This document shows, in pieces, positions 24,421-35,824 of a DNA stretch of 64,000 bases. The notes beneath the pieces are model-generated. The model was given only the letters and a program-made list of their open reading frames with translations, did not search any database and was not told the origin of the DNA. Position 1 is the stretch's first letter. Every line of letters starts with the position of its first letter. The DNA is taken from assembly GCA_965202585.1 (NCBI GenBank), contig OZ241830.1, positions 67,580,001 through 67,644,000 of the forward strand. Direction: 5' to 3'. The translations under genes and the position numbers were made by a program. The DNA is from Thalia democratica (Eukaryota).

Positions 24421-25765
24421 CTGATTGAGGTTTATATTCAACACGCTCGATATAGTTTTTACAATGTGTTGTGGATATTAGTAACAATTGCCAATGGACC
24501 ATAACTTTTTATCTTAACTAATGTTTAAAAACTTGGTCTTAGTTTTATTTTCACTGCTTATAAAATGATTATTTTATCATTAAAATTAATCTTAGATCTT
24601 TATTTGAATTCATTTTATGTACCACGTTCTTATGCAATTTTTTTAACAAATCCAAAAAAGAGAATTTCTTGTAAACTGTGTCCAGTATACAAAATTAGGA
24701 AAATATAGAATACTAAGTAGAGTGACGTAATAATTAGAAATGACATCATGATTGATAGTATACTAGTTTTAATAGTATCTAGCTTGTATTAATACTAAAA
24801 AAACTTATAAGTTTTCCAACATTTGGAGAAATACTTGACATATGTATAGCCTGACAACTGTGCTACATTTTACTAAATACGACAGTTAATAAAAACCTCA
24901 TTTAGATAAAACAAGTACTGTTAAGTAAGGTTGCCATATTTTTAAAAATTGATTTTGTACTAATTTCGAATACGTTTGGTTTTAGATGATTGAATTCTGG
25001 CAACTACGCTTTAAAGCTTCAACTTGAAAGTTTTGGTTTGTTGCCTATGTTGCCTAAAAATAATAGTCGAGTTGAATATCTATTTATTTTTGTCAAGATA
25101 GTTAAAAGTTACTTTTTTTGTTGAAACCTTTTTTCGTTTAAACCTTTAGCAAAATTATACTTATTTCCGATAGGGAGAGCTAGTTCTTACGAATTTTAGA
25201 ACATTGTGAAACAATGTGAACAGTCTAACAGCCATTCAGTTTTTAATAACTGCAATTGTACTACACCTGATGAGTTTGTAATTCAACAGCTTCTGTTTTT
25301 ATTGATTATGTTAACCTAATATACTCCTATTAGTTTTATAAGGTTAAGAGTCACTTATAAGTTTTAAACGATAGTTTTTATGAGTAACTAACTAGTACAT
25401 TTTATATTCAAGCTAACTATAACTTTAGCTGTTAAACTATGAATTATAGTTAAAAATATTATTATATCAATAGCTGACTTATACTAACAGTTTTTAAATG
25501 ATTAAAATATACTTTAAGAGGCTGACCCTGTTTTCCATTTGTTTTAATTCTTATTTTAAATCAGTATTTAGTTTATATTTGTTCATAATTAAAGTTTTCA
25601 ATATTATAAGTGTTCAAGTCCGCACACCGGCACGATTTTTGGTAGAGATTAACTGTTTTTTTAAATTGATATTCTGTGAGCTATTATAAAAATAAGATAA
25701 TAAACAATAAAACAACTTTGTTACTATGATAAAGATCATGTAAAGATTGAAATATTGTAAACAAT

Positions 25766-26760
25766 ATTGTAGTTTAACAAATGTTATCAAATTCAACTCG
25801 TGATCTCGGAGTATATTCAGTATATTGATTTGCTTTTTTCTTTTGGGCTTATGTATCAACTGAGCTTGATGTACTCCAGGCTACTTAGGTCTCTAGCTTT
25901 ATTTGAAACCACCTCTGAAAGAGATTCGGCAGTTTCGACAGGAGCCAGACTCGCAATAGCTTCGGGCCCATCTTTATCTTTAGTTGCTACCTCTGTCTGC
26001 GACCGAGTGCGAGAGGGTTTAAGAGCTAATAGCCTCTTCATTTTACTTATAAGATTAGTTTAAATATAGACTAACAAGTATCTATATGCTTTATTATACA
26101 ACAAAATAAAAGGCACATTAAGAAGTGTTTACTACTTTCTAAGGCTTCTTGCAGTTCGCGATTCTAGTTGTGCTGTAACAAATGGTTGCTCGTACAGTTT
26201 ACTGGTTCAGAACGTAGGGACTTATACTTCCTCGTTGACACCGGCTGAAGAGCGCGCGAGATGAAAAGATACAATATTGAAATTAAGAAGAGAAAGATAG
26301 ATGCAATAAGTTTATGCCACCGAATGTGTGGGCTTATACGTAGAGTTCAATGTTCAAATTGACCCAAACTGGAATTTGTTGCTGGAGGACAGTTTGTCTG
26401 CTACAGTATGAGTAAACTTATGAGTATGGCACGTTAACAACTCAAATCGACGTTGCTAAAGTAGGAATACAAAATGTGTATAGAACAAGGTATAAAAACT
26501 ACGAAGTTATGAAGTAAAGTACAAAGTAAATGTTTTAAAAAATAAAATACTTGAATAAGAAGGTTTTGGCGGAGATCATCTAGATTTTCCAAGATGGCAG
26601 CTTATGCTCAAAGCGTCAAGAGAGGTTTTGACGAGGATCAGCTAGATTTCCAAAATGGCGGCTTACGCTCAAAGCGCTAAGTGACGTGAAGCTGCTTTCT
26701 TCTTGACATGAAGTCGGTAAAACTTGCTATTTCATTCGCTCGGCTGCTTATGTACACCTC
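25766..26760 (-). mobile_element. Probable 5' region of a retroelement: GC-richer leader with a duplicated 62-bp YY1-motif block, then a short ORF start (25856..26041)
   Basis: CAAGATGGCAGC at 26590 and CAAAATGGCGGC at 26651 lie in a 62-bp direct repeat. The ORF MKRLLALKPSRTRSQT.. decays into stops. 25766..25890 has a diverged relative at 31930..32035, showing it is repetitive. Confidence 0.35.
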
Positions 26761-27289
26761 GATTAAATAACTGATTCCTCATGATCAAGTTCCACATGAT
26801 AAATATACTAATCATTATGAATATAAAGTTTAATTTACCTCAAGTTAAACAATTTACGAAATACCCCATAATCAAGTATCACAAAATATACTTGAAATTT
26901 AAATTAAATTACAAACGAGATTCATTCAAATTGCACCAGGCATTATTTTTTTGATAACAGTATACTAATCATTATGAATATAATGTTTAATTTAGACCTT
27001 AAGTTAAACGAATTACGAGAAGCTCAACAATCAAGTATCACAAAGTATAACTAAAATTCAAATTAAATTACAAACGAGATTCATTCAAATTGCTATGAGC
27101 ACATTTTTATAATAACGTAAATCACGTGAAAGTATTGTGTTAGACAAACAATAGTTTTTTTGTAAGTATATTTGAAATGAAAAGTACAATAACCATTTAT
27201 AATATAGTTATTTTTAAATTAACTTACTTTAAATTAAAGTTTTTTGTTAACGTATTATTGAAGATTTATGTTTGAATAAGATTTATTAT

Positions 27290-27332
27290 TTAAGCGCTGA
27301 CGAGGTTTTTGACCAAAACATAGTTTGCATGA
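27290..27332 (+). ncRNA. Hammerhead paralog with core mutation GAAA>AAAA (probably inactive); copy B at 60869..60911
   Basis: taagcgCTGACGAGGTTTTTGACCAAAACATAGTTTGCAT, 1294 bp upstream of the intact copy. Confidence 0.6.
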
Positions 27333-28583
27333 TATAATCTTGAAAGAACAAATACATTATTTCTCTTCTAGTAGTTAAGATCTCTTTATTTGTTTTATAA
27401 AAATCGAAGCATATAATATTATATTAACATTATATACTAGCGTTGAGGATCAATTTAAAATTGATGTGTAATTCAGCAATTATTAAGCTGTTCTGTGAGC
27501 GGGAGGTTGTGAGATAGAGTCCACTATTCACAGTTTGACCCTTCGTGCAATTTAGACCCGTTCCCAAAATAACTACGTACAACTTGGCTTAAATGTAACT
27601 AAAAACATTGAAAATAGAAATCAATAGTGTTATTGGTAAATCTTCAGACACTTTCTCTCGTTTAACTGCACTAGTTTAAAACATACCAGTTAGCTATAAA
27701 TCTTTTGCACAGCAGTTTTGTTAAAATGTTCGAAATTCATATAAAACGAACTTAAACTGTCAAAGTAATGGTTTATAAGGTCGATCAAAACATTAAAATC
27801 AAATTTGATATTTTTTAGGTAATAAAATTTTTTAGAGACATATAAAACACTCGTAAAACTTTTGTAAAACATATATTTATTACTTTGAAAATAATTTTAA
27901 GCACACGTTTATTATTATATTTTTTTGATAAAAATTTACTAACCATTATAAATATAAAGTTTAATTTACCTCAAGTTAAACAATTTACAAGATACCCCAT
28001 TATCAAGTATCACAAATAAACTTGAAATTTAAATTAAATTACAAACGAGATTCATTAAAATTACTTTAAGCAAATTTTTTTTAATAAAAATATACTAATA
28101 AAAATATACTAATAATTACAAATATAAAGTTTTATTTAGACCTCAAGTTAATTCAATTACGAGAAGCTGAAACAATCAAGCATCACAAAAAAAACTTGAA
28201 GTTTAAATTAGATTACAAACGAGATTCATTCAAATTGTTTTAAGCACAATTTCTTGATAGAAATATACTAATCATTATAAGTATAAAGTTCAATTTAGAT
28301 CTCAAGTTAAACGAATTACGAGAAGCTCGACAATCAAGCATCACAAAAAAAAACTTGAAATTTCAATTAAATTACAAACAAGATTGATTCAAATTGCTTT
28401 GAACACATTTTTATAATAACGTAAAAGTGTTGTGTTAGACAAACAATTGTTTTTTTGTAAGTATATTTGAAATGAAAAGTACAATAACCATTTATAATAT
28501 AGTTATTTTTAAATTAATTTACTCTAAATAAAGTTTTTTTTTAACGTATGATTGAATTATTATGTTTGAATAAGATTTATTAT

Positions 28584-28626
28584 TTAAGCGCTGACGAGGT
28601 TTTTGACCGAAACATAGTTTGCATAA
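28584..28626 (+). ncRNA. Minimal type I hammerhead ribozyme (intact core); copy B at 62163..62205
   Basis: ttaagcg-CTGACGA-GGT-ttttg-ACC-GAAA-C-ata-G-T-T|tgcataa: conserved CUGANGA and GAAA, a 3-bp stem II, a minimal stem III, a GUU cleavage triplet, and a 6-of-7 stem I. Confidence 0.7.
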
Positions 28627-28780
28627 TATAATCTTGAAAGAACAAATACATTATTTCTCTTCTAATAATTAAGATCTCTTTATTTGTTTTGTAAAAATTG
28701 AAGCATGTAATGTTATATTAACATTATATACTAGCGTTGAGGATCGATTTAAAATCGATGTGTAATTCAGCAATTATTAA

Positions 28781-28850
28781 GCTGTTCTGTAAGCGGGAGG
28801 TTGTGAGATCGAGTCCACTAGTCACAGTTTGACCCTTCGTGCAATTTAGA
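28781..28850 (+). mobile_element. tRNA-derived SINE-like fragment inside unit B (paralog at about 27487..27560)
   Basis: gcgggaggttgtGAGATCGAGTCCact resembles a tRNA variable loop plus T-arm/B box (GGTTCGAGTCC). No A box seen. Confidence 0.35.
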
Positions 28851-30538
28851 CCCGTTTCCAAAATAACTACGTACAACTTGGCTCAAATGTAGCTAAAAAC
28901 ATTGTAAACAGAAATCAATAGTGTTATTGGTAAATCTTCAGGCACTTTCTCTCGTTTAACTGCACTAGTTTAAAACATACCAGTTGGCTATAAATCTTTT
29001 GCACTAACTTAGTTTTGTTAAAATGTTCGAAATAGAGATGAAACGAATTTAAACTGTCGAAGTAATGGTTTTTAAGGTGGATGAAAACATTAAAATTAAA
29101 TGTTTTGTTAAGTAAAAAGTTTTTTTAGAGACATATCAAACTTTCGTAAAATTTTTGTAAAACATATGTTTAAAACTTTAAAAATAATTTTGAGCACACG
29201 TTTTAATGTAATCATTTCGGTCTAAAATTTTAACTGTTTAAAGTAGTTATTAAAAGGTTTATTACAGTATATAAGGGTTTAATTATAAGTTTTCAATAAT
29301 ACTATATAGTAGAATAGTTTTCGAAAAAGTTTCATCTATAATGTATCTCATTAAAGTTGTCTGGAATAATATTAACTGTAATTTTAACGACAAGATGTGT
29401 TTAACTGTCAACTTACAACTAAGAAAAAATCTCGAGAATAAATTAATAACCTATTACAAACCGTCTATTTTATAAGCTAAAACTCGTTACTCAAACATTT
29501 TATTGCTAAAAGCTACCAAATTAAGTTTTAATTTGACCAATCAACTAACTAAAGTATTTGGTTATAGAATACAGACAAATAAGTGTTACGTTTAAGTACC
29601 TCTCTATGTCATAAGTGTAATATTTTAGTTTAATACCAATAGCTAATTCTACAAATTATTTCACAAGTGCAAATATCTAAAGTTTTAGAGATACAAAATA
29701 TTTATTAGTTACGATTTAATTTTTGTACTTATTTAAAAAAAGTTTATTAGTTACTACTCTTGTATAGCAGAAAAAATGTACTTTGCACAAATAATTTAGT
29801 TTTACAAACTTTTAGCTTAATTTTTTTTTTCTCTTCTTAAAATTATTTAAAAACGTTTTGAAATTAGTTTTAAGTTTAACATTTAAAAAAAATAATTTTA
29901 AGCTAATAAACTATGGATCCGCTTGCGATTTGGAACTTTTTTTTTTAACCGATAACCTTTAGTTATCTCTTTGCTGCATTTTTAATTTTTATCAAACTCA
30001 CATCTAACTAGTTTTTTGGTAAGCACTAAATACATCAGAAGATTTCTTTTATTTATTTTTCAGCTATAAAATACTAAGCCAATAATAAAAAGCTTTGTTT
30101 TTAATCAAATGTTTATATTGTTAATAACTTTTCAGATCAACACATATTTTTTATATGCTCATCCATGTTAATACCATGGAAAACCGTTCACAAAACACTA
30201 AACTGTCTTCCGTATTTTTATTTAGAAATATACTGTTTTCTTTCAAAGTCAAAATGAAAATTGTAATTTTAAAATTGATTTATCTGAAGATTAAAATAGT
30301 CTTTTAGTTTTACAGAAAAAAGGAAATTATCTGAAAACGTTTTGTAACTAAACTGCTGCCAATAATAATTAGTAGTATATTTACTATTTGCATATTTAAA
30401 AAATGACAGTTAGAAAAACATTCAAAAAATTAAATAAAAAACTTTTAGTGAAAGGCGGCTGTAGTTTTTGAGTTTAAGACATAACAGGTAAAACTAGTAT
30501 CAGATTGAAATTTTTACTATTCTTAATTTAATATGCAT

Positions 30539-30823
30539 CTTTTTTACTCTTTATTTTCGTAATCGTCTTTTTTTTTCGACTGACTAACTACGGACGATTC
30601 ATACCAAAATATTTTTATCATATTCGTTTAGATCAGAGTAGTACAAAGCTGTATGCAATAAAGAAGTTTAATATGACTAACAAATTAATTTTGCATAAAA
30701 ACATGATAAATTATAAGATACATTTTGTAGTAGAAATCAGTTTAGAACATTTATAAATTGAATCATTCTAGTTCTAGAATTGAAGTTAACTTAAAGATCG
30801 AAAACAAGTTCAAACTCACTTAA
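30539..30823 (+). repeat. Copy of the Kelch downstream spacer (2692..2962) placed upstream of the truncated Kelch paralog
   Basis: tttttactctttattttcgtaatcgtc...aaacaagttcaaactcacttaa is present at both loci with a few differences. Confidence 0.9.
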
Positions 30824-30876
30824 AAGTTAAGGTTATTTAAGTTAAGGAAATTAAAGTTAAGGTTTGAGAATAAAAG

Positions 30877-31927
30877 GTGTTAACTAATACTTTTAAAACA
30901 TTTTTAGGTCGGAAAAAATCTAAAGAAGCAGTGTTTGTAACGGCTTTTAAACTAAATAAACTTTTTCTACTAACAAACGTACCAAAACTAAGCAGAAAAA
31001 TCGAAGATAATTTAACTGTTCAAAACGTATCCACATACTGCCAGATGTCATACATTTACAATCTAAACGTTCTATTTAAAAAAACGTTCAGCTTCATTGA
31101 ACGTTGTTTTGTAGTGGTTGCTGAAACTAAAAACTTTTTAGAAATAGAAGACATTTTGATTGCAAGAATAATGGGTAGTTCTGGATTAAAAATTACTTCA
31201 GAATTAGAAGTTTTCAATGCTATAGATAGCTGGACTAGCTACAATACACAAAAAAGGAGCAAGCATGCAAAACATCTTTTTTTAAAGGTTCGGTTTCATC
31301 TTTTGCCCGATCGCACGTTGAAACACGTTATTGATAAATCTTCATACTTTTCTAAAACTAAAGAACATGGTGCACTGTTCAATGCAGTTATGGGTAACAA
31401 AGAGAATTTTCCAAAAAAGTTGCTAAACAACTGCTACACCCATAGATATTGCGACCAACATGATTTTGATATAGTTATTTGTGGTGTTTTGGATGAAATA
31501 TTAAAAAACTCAAACAAAGTGTTTCACAAAACAATAGAAAATGTGAAATTTATTACTCCAAAGAAACAAAAAGCAAATTTTAACCGAGTGGTTTGTTTGA
31601 AAGGAGAAATTTATGCAATAGCAGCAGGTAACTACATGTTTAAGGAAGACAAAACTACCATTGAAAAATACATTGCAAAAACGAATACTTGGGAGAAAGT
31701 TTCACAAATAGACGACAACGGAGGACGACGTTCATTTTGCTGCTGCGCTTTCATGAACGAAATATATTTACTAGGCGGCCGTTACCGATGGTACGTGACC
31801 GACTCCTGCTTGAAGTTTGATGCAACAAGCCGCGCTTGGAAGGGAGTCACGGAGATGAGCGAAGCGCGCCAGCATGCGGCGTGCGCCGTTTTCCAAGGAA
31901 GAATCGTAGTTTGCGGCGGGGAAGATG
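30877..31927 (+). pseudogene. Older paralogous BACK-Kelch copy lacking exon 1 and truncated in the Kelch region
   Basis: About 21 differences from 775..1840 counted by eye (about 98% identity), including ATG>GTG. Homology ends at ggggaagatg (31927), and the upstream sequence is replaced. Confidence 0.85.
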
Positions 31928-32581
31928 TTTTTGTAGTTTAACGAATTAAACTCGTGATTTCAGAGTATATCAAGTATATTTACTTGCCTATTTTCTTTAG
32001 GAATTTGTCTTAGTTGAGCTTTGAGCTGGCTTATACGAATGATTATAATTAAAACAAAATATTATTATCAAACTATAAAACTTCATCTAATAACAATCAA
32101 ACGACGGTCTAAATCAATATTTATTTTACCTAAAAATAAAATCTATAGCTTAAGGTAGTACTGAAAAAGTAAGTTTTAATTTTTAAAAGTGAAAATCATG
32201 CATATTAATACTAAGATACTTTATAAAAAATACAAAAATATCACATAGATAACCTTCTTTATTTTATAATATTGTATACTTATTTGTCTATTAGATTAAT
32301 GGTTAAAATATCCCAGCGCATGTGTCTCTTTAGTTTTTAATAAAAAACTCTGTTACAAATTTGTTTTTACTTTCAATGTTAATTTGAACCTTAAACCAAC
32401 ATAATAGCGTGAACAAATCTCTAAAGTTACATCTCTAACACTGAAATTATAGTATAAATAATACTTTACAAACAGAAAGTCCTCCGATTAAATGAACACG
32501 CTTCGTTCTGACCCAAGCACAGTTTCCAACTTTATACTCCTTTCTCATAAGAATATATATTTCAAATCAAGTTAACTGACA

Positions 32582-32710
32582 AGCAGCGATGGCCGAGTGG
32601 TAGAACTTAACAATAGAACTTAACAATATAATAATACTTAACAATAGAAGCAATACTAATGCTCCGTTCAGACATAAATTCCACTCAACTGAACTAATGA
32701 ATTAATTCAG
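32582..32710 (+). mobile_element. Truncated tRNA-derived SINE relic
   Basis: agcagcgaTGGCCGAGTGGtag contains a Pol III A box (32590-32600) in tRNA 5' context. The B box region is replaced by short tagaacttaacaa repeats. Confidence 0.4.
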
Positions 32711-34044
32711 TTATAAGAACAAATTTATAAACTAAAAACAAACCAACTAGCATGTCATATCGGCACGCGTTTGTATTAAATGGTTTACACAATTTTTTAT
32801 TCATGGTTGCTAATTCAAAATACTTATTCATCAAAGTGATTTAAATATTTAACAGAGGGTTACTGTAGGCTAGCAAGCTTATACCTTTTTTTCAATGGAA
32901 AAAAATAAGATGTTGTTAACCAATTATTTGCTTGTAATTCTAGTTTTAATGAGTTTTATTTTTAATTAAATATTCATAGAATAGAATTAAAGGAATAATA
33001 AATATGGAACAATATAACATATACTTATGTTTCATAATAAATACTCACTTTACTTACCAGTTGAATTTTTTACCTTGATAGTGTTTATAACTGAACATAT
33101 TTTTTGTAATGTGCAGGACGTAAGTTTAATGTGTGTGTATTAAACACTAAAAACCTTAAATAAAGTTCAATTTGATTTATTTTTTATTTCAAACAAAATA
33201 CTCAACGCCAGCTTTAATTTTTAGGTATAAATCATAAATTATTTTTTTTACACTGACTTATTTTCTTAAATCATAAACAGAATATTAAAACTTCCATGTT
33301 CATTCGTATTATCTTGATTATGGTTATTTTCAACGATACAGATTTATTTTTACTATTTATGATTTCTCCTTTGATGTGCTACTTGTCATTGTATTATCAA
33401 AGTAAAGTCTTTCAATAAATAAATTTAGTTTAAAATTTAAAATATAATTTAACTTATAAAGTAGAACTAAAACAGTTTAGAAAAACCAACTATTGGCTTA
33501 ACTACACTGAAAGTGGACTAAAAGCTAAAAAATAATATTTTTTTATATATTCTTTGGAAAATTATTTCAAAAAAAATTATTTAAGTATATATTGCGTTGT
33601 TTTGTTCTTTTTGAATGTCATATATATTTCTGCCGTTGAAGTTTAAGCATATTACAGCCTAAAATATTTGACATAATTCAGTAAGATGTGTGTATTTAAT
33701 TGGTTTTTAAACTAAAATTGATGTCAATCTTTTAACTTAATATTACTTTCTTACTAGTTAGTCATGAAGTTACTCTAAAACTACAGTTGAAACTGTATTA
33801 AGATTTTGCATAAAACTTACCTTTTTAATTTAAATTTTATGTTTTAAATTCCATATTTAAATAAAATAATTTTATTACACTCAAAAAAAAAACACATTTA
33901 TAACTCGATCCATAAAACAAGTAAAAAATGTTATGACAAATTTATTTTTACTGTTAAAGTTATTATGGATACATAGATCAGATGTTTATTTTTATTTTAA
34001 TGTTAAAAAAATAATTAATTTTTTTTAGGCAGGTTTAACTTAAA

Positions 34045-35824
34045 ATGAGTTTTAAATTATCAAAAAATCGTAGAAAAAGCTTTAGTTTAGTTAAAGCATG
34101 CAAAAACAATGCTCGAAAGATAAATGAAAACAAAAATAAGATAAAAGTTTTTGAAACAGGTTTAATTTTTTGTTTTAAAATATGTATTTCGGAAGTATTT
34201 ATTTATAAACCTTATGATTATTTTGTCAACTTCAGATTTGCTATTAAACCAAGTTACCTCAGGATTTTTAGAAAAAACACAATTTATTTAAACGCTTTAA
34301 ATATATTTTTTAATTGCTTCATAAATAACAAGTATATAGGAAATTTAAGTTAAGGTTTGAAAATAAAAGATGTTAACTAATACTTTTAAAACACTTTTAG
34401 GTCGGAAAAAATCTAAAGAAGCAATGTTTGTCTCGGCTTTCAAACTAAATAAACTTTTTCTACTAACAAACGTACCAAAACTAAGCAGAAAAATTGAAGA
34501 TAATTTAACTGTTCAAAACGTATCCACATACTGCCAGATGTCACACATTTACAATCTAAACGTTCTATTTAAAAAAACGTTCAGCTTCATTGAACGTTGT
34601 TTTGTAGGGGTTGCTGAAACTAAAAACTTTTTAGAAATAGAAGACATTTTGATTGCAAGAATAATGGGTAGTTCTGGGTTAAAAATTACTTCAGAATTAG
34701 AAGTTTTCAATGCTATAGATAGCTGGACTAGCTACAATACACAAAAAAGGAGCAAGCATGCAAAACATCTTTTTTTAAAGGTTCGGTTTCATCTTTTGCC
34801 CGATCGCACATTGAAACACGTTATTGATAAATCTTCATACTTTTCTAAAACTAAAGAACATGGTGCACTGTTCAATGCAGTTTTGGATAACAAAGAGAAT
34901 TTTCCAAAAAAGTTGCTAAACAACTGCTACACCCATAGATATTGCGACCAACATGATTTTGATATAGTTATTTGTGGTGTTTTAGATGAACATTTAAAAA
35001 ACTCAAACAAAGTGTTTCACAAAACAATAGAAAATGTGAAATTTATTACTCCAAAGAAACAAAAAGCAAATTTTAACCGAGTGGTTTGTTTGAAAGGAGA
35101 AATTTATGCAATAGCAGCAGGTAACTACATGTTTAAGGAAGACAAAACTACCATCGAAAAATACATTGCAAAAACGAATACTTGGGAGAAAGTTTCACAA
35201 ATAGACGACAACGGAGGACGAAGTTCATTTTGCTGCTGCGCTTTCATGAACGAAATATATTTACTAGGCGGCCGTTACCGATGGTACGTGACCGACTCCT
35301 GCTTGAAGTTTGATGCAACAAGCCGCGCTTGGAAGGGAGTCACGGAGATGAGCGAAGCGCGCCAGCATGCGGCGTGCGCCGTTTTCCAAGGAAGAATCGT
35401 GGTTTGCGGCGGGGAAGATGACGAAGAAGAAAATTACTCGGAAACGGTCGAGTCGTATGACGTCATCACCGACACTTGGTCGCCGATGCCCAGCATGATG
35501 GAAAGCAAAAGCAGGCACAGCGCAGTTGCGGTGAGAAGCAAGTATTACGTCATCTGCGAACACGATTTTTGCGAGGTCTTTGACAGCGTTTGTAACAAGT
35601 TTGTTGCCTTAAAAGAACCGAATCTAAAATTTAGACGAATGAGTAAGGCTGTTTCAATTGGCAGTAAAATTTTTGTGTTTCGTTTTACTCAACCTAGTTT
35701 GGTGTTTATGATGTTGATAAAGACGAGTGGTCGGAGGAACTGTGTGAAATTACCAAAAATGTTCAATGTTTTTCCTGTACAGTTGTACCATTTTGTTAAT
35801 AAATTTGAAGTATTAATTGATTAG
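34045..35824 (+). CDS. BACK-Kelch protein, duplicate in copy B (exons 34045..34159 and 34401..35824)
   Basis: ORF-track translations are identical to those at 465..773 and 790..2244. Confidence 0.85.

Larger units (their letters stand above)
26803..29210 (+). mobile_element. Higher-order repeat A-A-B-A-A-A-B resembling Penelope-like element 3' ends/pseudo-LTRs; copy B at 60382..62789
   Basis: A units of about 158-165 bp start near 26803, 26961, 27935, 28100 and 28263. B units of about 800-830 bp start near 27110 and 28410. A encodes a degenerate LREA..IKYHK..LNYKRDSFKLL*, like a GIY-YIG ORF C-terminus. B holds a hammerhead core. Confidence 0.65.
1..33580 (+). repeat. 33,580-bp tandem segmental duplication, copy A (circularly permuted; true unit boundary unknown)
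   Basis: Position 1 (ttaagtatatattgcgttg) recurs at 33581. Nearly every ORF in the track recurs at +33580 or +33579. Confidence 0.98.

Noticed and set aside
25260-25300. CTGATGAG followed by a small hairpin
   Set aside because: GAAA is absent and stem I cannot form. A similar isolated CTGATGAG at 13212 also lacks the rest of a ribozyme or a snoRNA D box.
27268-27285. TTTGAATAAG resembles the end of a tunicate spliced-leader exon
   Set aside because: 10-nt AT-rich match not followed by GT, and it lies inside repeat unit B.
26803-28410. A-unit repeats (and the 79-bp array) considered as a CRISPR-like array
   Set aside because: Units are homologous along their whole length with no unique spacers, and no cas-like ORFs are present.
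7018-30420. Numerous 60-95 aa F/L/I/K-rich ORFs in the track (for example 7018, 7451, 8076, 8308, 9535, 12923, 20113, 23543, 25498, 27690)
   Set aside because: Expected chance ORFs in AT-rich DNA, many with non-ATG starts. The 9535 ORF is lost in copy B through a 1-bp indel.
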